Shown here piece by piece: positions 54,201 to 64,000 of a stretch of 64,000 nt of DNA. Every line of letters starts with the position of its first letter. Within the stretch, counting starts at the first letter, position 1. The position numbers and the translations under genes were made by a program. The notes beneath the pieces are model-generated. The model saw nothing but the letters and a program-made list of their open reading frames with translations. It made no database searches and was not told the DNA's origin. The stretch spans positions 32,550,001 through 32,614,000 of the forward strand of contig OZ024746.1 of NCBI GenBank assembly GCA_964016885.1, given 5' to 3'. Source of the stretch: Eledone cirrhosa. Lineage: Eukaryota.

Positions 54201-54347
54201 CTTAAGACAGACTTTTTTTTTTTTAGAGCACTCAGTCCATGGGACAAGTTAGGTAGAAGTGGTAACACAACAGTTAGTTCACCATACCGAGAACATTGAG
54301 CTCGGTATGGTGAACTAACTATTATGTTACCACTTATATATATATAT

Positions 54348-54804
54348 GAGTCCAGAATTAGCCGTCGAAACGGCTTGAGCTCAGCTGTCGGGGTCTTACT
54401 GGTTCCTATTACCCACTCTACTACCTCAAGTATTGAGTACTTTGGTGCGTTATGGTCCACCTGGTTCCTTACCACATTTCCTTCGTTATCTAGCTCCTAC
54501 TCCCGTAGTAGAGCACTTTCCGACCCTACCACGCCGTATCCAGACTTTTCCGCTAAGCTCAATTCATTTCACCCGCACCATGCGAAAACACAACATTGAC
54601 TTCTCTACCAAGAACATCCCAATCCCACGGAAAAAACTTTACCTTCGGATGCTCACGCAAAAAATCGAGTCCAGAATTAGCCGTCGAAACGGCTTGAGCT
54701 CAGCTGTCGGGGTCTTACTGGTTCCTATTACCCACTCTACTACCTCAAGTATTGAGTACTTTGGTGCGTTATGGTCCACCTGGTTCCTTACCACATTTCC
54801 TTCG

Positions 54805-54808
<4 letters not shown>
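54348..54808 (+). mobile_element. Family F PLE mini-element: pLTR, 5'UTR, first 30 codons of ORF, pLTR (319-nt period)
   Basis: Direct repeats 54348-54489 and 54667-54808. ATG at 54580 (CGCACCATG) gives MRKHNIDFSTKNIPIPRKKLYLRMLTQKIE, resembling the S.KNIP.P...Y...L..K.E N-terminus of PLE ORFs. Confidence 0.82.
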
Positions 54809-54839
<31 letters not shown>

Positions 54840-54940
54840 AGTATGTATGTATACGTACATACATATATGTATACAGACGTACATTTAAGTAAGTGCCATA
54901 CTAAGAGTGAGAAATGAAATTTCGTTTTCATTTTTTTCAA

Positions 54941-54995
<55 letters not shown>

Positions 54996-55229
54996 GCAGA
55001 GAAGTATAAACAAATGGAGGAAATGTCAGATAATGACAAGGACATTAATATCTACATGTCTGTCAGAGGCCAACATAACAGTGGCATTAAGTACAACGGA
55101 ATAGAATCATATAATTTAGAAAAATACTTTACTTTTACAAATAACGTTCAAAATATCATGACACATTTAAAAAACTCTAAAACATACCACTTTCTACCAG
55201 TCCCCCTCTTTCTCTCCCTCCTCTCTATA

Positions 55230-55278
<49 letters not shown>

Positions 55279-55331
55279 GTATATACATATATATAAATAT
55301 ACATGTATATATATGTACACACACACACACA

Positions 55332-55464
<133 letters not shown>

Positions 55465-55489
55465 ATAGGCACATTTATACCTATATACC

Positions 55490-55521
<32 letters not shown>

Positions 55522-55555
55522 TATATATACACATACATCCATATATTCACAATTA

Positions 55556-55613
<58 letters not shown>

Positions 55614-55724
55614 CCTATAGGCACATTTATACCTATATACCTATATATATATACACACACACATATATATATACACATACATCCATATATTGACAATTAC
55701 ACACATACAAACACACTACACACG

Positions 55725-55800
<76 letters not shown>

Positions 55801-56386
55801 GTGTGTGTGTAGTGTCAGTATGTGTGTAATTGTCAAATTTTGCACAAATACATACATATCTGCGTGTATATGTACGTTTATTTACGTAAAGGAAATAAAC
55901 AAAAAAAAAACAACACTTTGAATATAAAGTTGGTTTAATGATCAACCACACAACAATATTTTGATAAATGTTTGCATGCTTGTATGTATCTGTCTGACTG
56001 TCTGACTTTCTGATGGTGTGATTACTTCATTTGTCAGACACTTGCTCTCCCCCCTCTCTCTCTATATATATATCTCACACATTCTCTCTCTCTCTCTCTC
56101 ATTCTCTTTCTCCCCCTCTCGCCCCCTCCCCCATCTAACTATACTTGTGACTATAGTTCCTGTGCCCTCAGCGATTGCATGTTTGATCATATATATATGT
56201 ATATATATATATATATATATATAAACGTATGTGTGTATGTATGTATGTATGCATGTATATATATATTTATATATATATATATATACATGTATGTATATAT
56301 ATTTATATATATATATATGCATATGTATGTATCTATATATATGTGTATGTGTGTGCGAGCGCGTGTGTGTAAATGTATCTATATTC

Positions 56387-56417
<31 letters not shown>

Positions 56418-56512
56418 CATATGTATGTATATATATATATATGTGTGCGTGCGTGTGTGTGTATGTGTGTGTGTGTGCGTGCGCGTGTGTGTAAATGTAT
56501 GTATCTATATTC

Positions 56513-56543
<31 letters not shown>

Positions 56544-56568
56544 CGTGTAAAAACATACACTCCCATAC

Positions 56569-56625
<57 letters not shown>

Positions 56626-56950
56626 GGGGGGGGGGGACAGCAAGTAGTACTAAATAAACTCTGTCACCTACACACACACACATATATATATATATACACA
56701 CACATATATATATATACACATAAACACAGAAATATATTTATATATATATATATATACATATAAATATACACATACATACACACACTCACGCACATATGAA
56801 TATGTATCTCTCTCTGTGTGCCTGTATGTGTCAGTATGTGTCAGTGTGTGTCTGTGTGTCTGTGTATCTCTATGTCCGTGTGTATATGAGTGTGTGTTCG
56901 TGGTTGTGTGTGTCTGTTCCAGTATATATTTGTATATACATATTTTTACT

Positions 56951-57008
<58 letters not shown>

Positions 57009-57087
57009 TATAATCCACGTTATTTTTCAATATTGATCTATTTACATATTATGTATAAGAGTGAGGGAAATACTATCCAAACATAAA

Positions 57088-57800
57088 CAGGAACAACGAC
57101 AACAACAACAACAACAACAGCGACAACAGCAACAACAACAATAACAACAACAGGAACAACAGCAACAACAACACCACCACCACCACCACCACCACCACCA
57201 CCACCACCAACAACAACAACAACGACAAAAACAACAGCAACAGCAACAACAACAACAACAGCATCAGCAACACCACCAACAACAACAATAACAACAACAC
57301 CACCACCACCAACAACAACAACGACAAAAACAACAACAACAGCAACAACAACAACAACATCAGCAACACCACCATCAACAACAACAACACCACCACCACG
57401 ACGACCACCACCACCACCAACAACAACAACGACAAAAACAACAGCAACAACAACAACAACAACATCAGCAACACCACCAACAACAACAACACCACGACGA
57501 CCACCACCACCACCACCAACAACAACGACAAAAACAACAGCAACAGCAACAACAACAACAACAACATCAGCAACACCACCACCACCAACAACAACACCAC
57601 CACTACCACCACCACCACCACCACCACCACCACCACCACCACCACCACCACCAACAACAACAACGACAAAAACACCACTACCACCACCACCACGACCACC
57701 ACCACCACCACCACCACCACCAACAACAACAACAACGACAAAAACAACAACAACAACAGCAACACTAACAACAACACCAGCAACAACAATAACAAGCACA
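57088..57800. repeat. Compound (CAA)/(CAC) trinucleotide array with higher-order units
   Basis: Recurring landmarks ACGACAAAAAC and ACATCAGCAACACC. Confidence 0.9.
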
Positions 57801-57898
57801 CAATTTGATTGGAAGAAAAACAAACATTATTATTCTCCTGGCTATTATAATTGTTATTGTTATATAAATAAACAATTATATTTTCAAACATTATTCGG

Positions 57899-58079
57899 TG
57901 GATTGGCAGTGTCGGTAGAGGGTCGGACGCCATGCTTCGACGCATAGAGTTACGGCCCTTGCCATTCTGAGTTCGAATCCCGCCGAGGTTAACTTTGCCT
58001 TTCAGCCTGACGGGGTCGATAAAATAAAGTACCAGTAATACACTGGTATAATTGCTGGCCTTGTTCCAATAGTAGAAAC
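57899..58079 (+). mobile_element. tRNA-derived SINE (major family)
   Basis: Consensus match, B box GAGTTCGAATCCC. Confidence 0.9.
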
Positions 58080-59142
58080 AATTTTATTGTTTTTAATAAA
58101 GCTACTACTACTACTACTACTGCTGCTACTGCTGCTGCTATTACTACTACTACTACTACTGCTACTGCTACTACTACTACTACTACTACTACTGGTACTG
58201 CTGTTACTGCTACTACATTTTCTCCGTTTTTTCAAAGGTATTTTGTAGATTGGAGGAGCCATAAGAACCTCTGCAAAAGGCCATGTTGATAGCACCACGC
58301 CTTACACTCCCTTGAAAACCTCTGTTGCCAATAGCAGCGTGTTCTTGTTGATGCTGGGCCTCTAGCTCACCCCCCCACTTCTTGGCATCATTTAAGGGTT
58401 CTGCATATTTACCCCCCAAGACGTTTAATTACCTGATCCCTGGTCATTAAAAAGTTTTACTTCCAATTTCACAATGGAATCTCTTAATCTGATCTTACAT
58501 TAACAGAATACTTAGAATATTCCCAGATATCTAACTATCTCTCTATACACAAACACACACACATACATATATGTTTACATATACATAATGCATGATACAT
58601 TTGTGACTCGGGTTCATTAATGTGACTGTAGTTATTCCCATCGGGAATGTTATGCATGTAATCGACTAATTCTTATCGTTCATGCTATCAATTATTTCAG
58701 CATCATTATCGTTTCTGTCCTTATCATTGCCATTATGGATGCCATGACACTAATAAACTTGGCTCATGGTGGTGTTGAACTTACAGCAGATAATAATCCT
58801 TCACTGGCTCAATTTGTGATCAGAGATAACAGACATTGGGTCACTCGTGCTTCTCGCAAGTGAATTAGCGGATTAAGTGAAATATCTGTCAACTGAAATT
58901 TAATCTCAGCAAGAGTTTAATCCTAAAATATGGCTGATTTAATTCGGTACGAGAAAAACGAGTCGACTAGCTCAAGGCTGAAATTATCGGTCAGTTATCT
59001 GTATTCGGATACATCAAGGATTAAAGTTTTATATAAATCACTGCTATAAGTAGCGTGACCATTGTGGAATTGATCTGTGTTTTGTTGGCTTGCAGTGCTG
59101 GGTTCAATTTCCGCCGAAAGGGCATGTTAATATAATAATTAT

Positions 59143-59313
59143 TTCTACTTTTGGCACAAGGTCAGCAATTACCCAGTACATTACTGGCACATTATTTTAT
59201 CGACCCCGTAAGGATGAAAGGCAAAGTTAACCTCGACGGTATTTGAACTCAGACCGTAAAAGGATGTAATTATGCTGGAAAACATGGCGTCCGACCCTCC
59301 ACCGATACAGCCA
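59143..59313 (-). mobile_element. tRNA-derived SINE (major family)
   Basis: Reverse-complement consensus match. Confidence 0.88.
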
Positions 59314-59738
59314 AGAACAACATCATATCTAGAAGAGACAGTATTCAACTGTTAAACGCTCTGGCAAAGAAGTAATTTATCTTCAACAACTTATTGTTTT
59401 GTCAATAGATGAAGCAACAATTCATATTATACGAGTGGTGTGGGGTAATGGCTTCACTCGATATGCTAAAGATAGCAGCGAAATTTCCTTAAAACATAGC
59501 ATACTACATTTGACTATTGTGGTCCCACATGATCTATATATAACACAGATGGCCAAATCAGGGCCGACTTGGGTTATATACAACAATAATAACGTGCCAG
59601 TAATTTATACACACATTAACGATTTAAAGAGAGATAAAAACATAGATAGATGTGTAAATAGATAGAAAGATATATAGATAGATGTGTAAATAGATAGAAA
59701 GATAGATAGATAGATATAGATAGATAATTTGGAAGTGA

Positions 59739-59778
<40 letters not shown>

Positions 59779-59865
59779 AAAGAGAAAACGAGATTAATAG
59801 GTACAGAAAGAGTGAGAAATAACATTAGTGAGCGAGAAACGAGAAAAGGAGAGAACGAGAGAGAA

Positions 59866-59943
<78 letters not shown>

Positions 59944-60609
59944 TGTGTGTGGGAAAGGGAGAAAGACGGAAAAGGTCACACCAGTATGTTCACTAAATCC
60001 ATACAGGTGTTTATACAGGTGTTTCCCTTTATCTCATATGAATATGCAAGTATATAAACTTCGTCCAGAAATCCACTCGAGTTTGTATTGAATAAAACTT
60101 ATCCATTCGATTCGCGAATGTTCTTTGCGTAATGCAAACTGATAGTACATACAAGAAATAAGAGTTATAACAACAATATGAAAAGAAACAGCGTGATCTT
60201 GACATTCGACCGATACATAATAGACAGAAAAATATATTGACTAACACAGAGTTCGGTAAGAGAGGCGGAGAAAGGATAGTGACTGCAGAGATCGTAGTAG
60301 TGTTTTGGGTCGCATAAAACGTTTGAGGGGTTCATAATGGTTCATAATGGTCAGGACCGGATTTCTAGCAGGCCTGACGGAGCATTTGCCCCAGGCATCC
60401 CACCAGCAAAGGGCCCTATCGTCAAGGGTGGGGCCTAGCAAGACAAATTTGCTCTGGTGCTGCCCAAGGCATGCTCACTGATGAGCGTTACCGTTTTATC
60501 TTTTAGACACATCAGAATCATATTTTCAATAAAAAAGTATTTAATGTCAATCTAATGTTACATGCAAGAATATTGTGTATAAAGTATGTATACATGTACG
60601 TGTGTATGA

Positions 60610-60691
<82 letters not shown>

Positions 60692-60847
60692 TGATATTAA
60701 ATAAATGGAAACTATATTTATAAAACCATATTTATTTCATTATATATACTCCAAATACTTGTTGAGTGCTTTTATATCAGTTATAAATATTTACTAGTTG
60801 TAACCCAACAATTTAAATATAACTTTCCATATATATATATATATATA

Positions 60848-61159
60848 CTAAGAATAATGAGTTCTAAACTCAAGCAGTCCTTTACAATGAAATAGCTCAA
60901 AGAAAGAAGTATTTCTGAGCCGTGTAATACAAGTTAATATAAATTAATATATATGATAAAACACAAATACCAACATATAAGTGTTTGTATTGTAAATGAC
61001 TAAGTTAGCTAGATTGAAAAATACTAATTATAATAATACAGTTTGCAAACTGTATTATTATAATTAGTATTTTTCAATCTAGCTAACTTAGTCATTTACA
61101 ATACAAACACTTATATGTTGGTATTTGTGTTTTATCATATATATTAATTTATATTAACT

Positions 61160-61164
<5 letters not shown>
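60848..61164. mobile_element. Loop-less 238-bp palindrome plus one-sided tail in (TA)n
   Basis: 60927-61045 and 61046-61164 are inverted about GTTTG|CAAAC, with tail 60848-60926. Confidence 0.75.
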
Positions 61165-61213
<49 letters not shown>

Positions 61214-62273
61214 GTATGGGTATGCCCTTTTGTGTGTGTTTAAATATATTCTTAGCTGACAATTGTCAAATTCTACGATTTTTAGTTCCAAGTTTTGCTA
61301 GCTAGAAGAGTAGGTTAGAATGTAGATGCATTCGATTCGTTCTCGGCGCCCTTCTACTATACTAGGATCTACATGGCTTGCATTGGCGCCGGCCGTTCGT
61401 TCTCGGCGTCTTTCTGCTACGCACGGCTTTGCCTCGCTTGCAGTGGGGGTGGGGGTGGGGGTGGGGTGGGGTGATCGATCGCCATGTGTCCGGTCTGCAC
61501 TTTATACCCCAGTGCCCCAATAATCACAGGCATAAATCTGAAGGTATAATCAGGGTGGAGTATCTGCAGATTTCTCATCAGTTCTGCATACATATTTTCC
61601 TTTTCGATGTATGTATGTATATAGTGGGAAGGAACTCACAGCAGAGCTGGGCAACAGAAGGTCTTCAAGAGAAGAAACTCTACCCAAGCAAGTGTGTGTG
61701 TGTATATATACATATCTGTATGTATATATATATACATATATATACATTTATATATACATATATATAAATTATACGTGTATATATATATTGTGTACACACA
61801 CACATATATATAAATATTCATGACACAATACATGGTTCATCTGTCACTTATATTTCCAAGAATTTGTAGATTTTTCCTGGAGCTAACAGTTTTATCCTGT
61901 TTTATGGCATGCTGACATGTGATTGGAATATTCTACAATATTCTATGGATGCAAAAGAGTTGTCAACGAAAGGCGAACATCAGGGCTGCAGATATATCAT
62001 TTTCAGAGAGAGCGAGTTCAATGGATGTGAAGAGGCAAATCCATTGCTTGTGTCTAAAGGTGGGAGGAGTTTGTGCTATGATACTTTCCGTTTAGAGAAA
62101 TTTTAGATTATCTCGAAACAGGGACAAAGACATATTCTTCTACATTCTATTTTTAAAGAGATGGTTATTAGCTGCTTAAAAGTAATGGAAACTATATCAA
62201 TACAAATCTCATTAACAAGAGATTATACGTTTTTCAGGCTGCATATTCATGCTCATTTGTAATACACTGTATA

Positions 62274-62828
62274 CAGTGTACCCTCTGGCATTCGCAGTCC
62301 TGATTATTCGCGGAATTTTCCTTAGAACCTAACCAATAATTGTTCGTGGAAACCACCGCATATTCGCGAATTCGTAAATATCTTCCGCGATTTTTTCAAT
62401 GGCTTTTTACGTGGAAATATATATTTTTAACGCTAAATTATTAATAACAATATACCGTATTTGCCGAACTATTGGACACCCCTTCGCATAAGACGCTCAC
62501 TCTATTTTTATTATATTTTACGTTATATATAAGGGCGGTGGTTTGGCAGTATCGGTAGAGAGTCGGACGCCATGAATTCCAGCATAGTTACGTCCCTTTA
62601 CGGTCTGAGTTCAAATCCCGACGAGGTTTACTTTGCCTTTCATCCTTACGGGGTCGATAAAATAAAGTACCAGTAATGCACTGGGTAATTGCTGGCGTTG
62701 TGCCTAAAGTAGAAACAATTATATTTTACGTTATATGTTGACGTTTATAGGCATTTTTATGGACCATGTCTAATATTCGCGGTGTTTCACTCTTTGCGGG
62801 TGCTCTAGGAATACCGGGGGGACTGCTG
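62274..62828. mobile_element. Tigger/pogo-like MITE with nested insertions
   Basis: TA|CAGTGTACCCTCTGGCATTC ... GAATACCGGGGGGACTGCTG|TA imperfect TIRs, with internal TTCGCG repeats. Confidence 0.55.
62533..62717 (+). mobile_element. tRNA-derived SINE with 19-bp TSD
   Basis: TSD ATTATATTTTACGTTATAT at 62510-62528 and 62718-62736. Confidence 0.92.
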
Positions 62829-63042
62829 TATATATATATGTTTATGTATATGTATATATATGTTTATGTATATGTATATGTATATATATGTTTATGTATA
62901 TGTATATGTATATATATGTTTATGTATATGTATATGTATATATATGTTTATGTATATGTATATATATGTTTATGTATATGTATATGTATATATATGTTTA
63001 TGTATATGTATATGTATATATATATGTTTATGTATATGTATG
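62829..63042. repeat. TA/TATATG-derived minisatellite with recurring TATATATGTTTATG unit
   Basis: Directly visible unit of about 22-28 nt. Confidence 0.9.
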
Positions 63043-63639
63043 TGTGTGTTAGCACAGCGATATTAACGGTGCAGCCATTACAAAACATTCGAAAGCAAAA
63101 TGATTACTAAACATAATATATACAAACAAACATGCAATACAAGTTATGTAATGCATGGAATGAAAGAAAACACTCTAAGCAAGGCAAAGAAAGCAACATT
63201 ATAAAACAAATATTTGAAAATAAATCATTACAAGTAGAGTAATGAGTCTTTCAGATTTCAAGTAGTACTTTTGTGAGATATCAAAATAACTGAATGTTTT
63301 GTGTTTTGAAAAATTGAAGTGTCTCTTTTGCAAAAGCTAGCCAAAAAGTTAGTTCAAATTTACAATACATGAGAATATTTTGTTGGTCCATAGACTCTTC
63401 TATAGCTTTTAATGGTAACAGTGTTTTTATCCCACTGAATGTCAGTAGTGTGTGTCCGTGAAACATATACATATATACCAGGTCCGAACACAAAGGAATC
63501 AAACTCCCACTGTCACTGCCTCCGTCTCTCCCGCTCTCCGCATCTCTCACTATTATGAGCAAATGGGGGCCCACGTAGTGGTCGCCTCCACGACCTCGGT
63601 GGCACGGGTTTGAGAAAAATACCGCAAAACAAAATAAAT

Positions 63640-63760
63640 CGAATTATCTACATATGCATTTTTCAATCGATCAACGCTTATAGTTTCTTTATGCCCGTGA
63701 ACATCAATTAAGAAGTCTTTTGGTTGGGCATTTACCAAACGAAGAGGCCCCACACATGCC
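63640..63760 (-). pseudogene. Gypsy integrase C-terminal relic
   Basis: GPLRLVNAQPKDFLIDVHGHKETISVDRLKNAYVD resembles GPY.V....K.F.I...G...VSIDRLKPA. Confidence 0.7.
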
Positions 63761-64000
63761 GTTTGTACATATCTCTGAAAACCAACGACAGATAAATACA
63801 TAGGACCAGTTATGGTAGTCTGTATCTAAATTACTGTGAATGGACGGGGAGCTAAATTCAGGAATTGAAACATGTACATCTATGCTTACAACTAGTTAGG
63901 TCTTCTACCGTTGAAATCTCATGGGTGCAGATTAACAGTTTATTAGATAATCAACTTCTTTTACTATATTCAAAAAATTCGTTCCCCCCAAAAGTATGTA

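Noticed and set aside
57038-57945. Poly-V/G and poly-L/V membrane-like ORFs of 261 and 290 aa
   Set aside because: Antisense readings of the CAA/CAC trinucleotide array.
58213-58419. GC-richer minus ORF with IGNRGFQGS, faintly like an RLE LINE C-terminal motif
   Set aside because: A single short motif is insufficient without a search.

Overview
AT-rich, microsatellite-dense metazoan intergenic or intronic DNA. The SINE families and repeat style suggest a coleoid cephalopod (Octopus-like); this is an inference. I can support no host protein-coding gene: most listed ORFs are translations of (TA)n, (CA)n or (GA)n tracts. The window is mostly decayed transposons: Tx1/L1-clade, CR1, RTE and R4/Dong-like LINEs, tRNA-derived SINEs, Helitron, hAT, Tc1/mariner and Gypsy relics. 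The dominant signal is a set of Penelope-like elements (PLEs, C-terminal GIY-YIG endonuclease) inserted in (TA)n tracts. They recur as asymmetric fold-back palindromes and carry type I hammerhead-ribozyme folds. I read about 10 sequence-unrelated hammerhead families by eye, including core variants (U3-A8 covariation; A or C at position 4) and palindromic stem III loops. In one family a candidate splice acceptor lies inside ribozyme stem II, and a 319-nt tandem unit at 54348-54808 resembles a retro-copy of a circular or spliced PLE RNA. All folds and assignments are by eye, with no software or database search.
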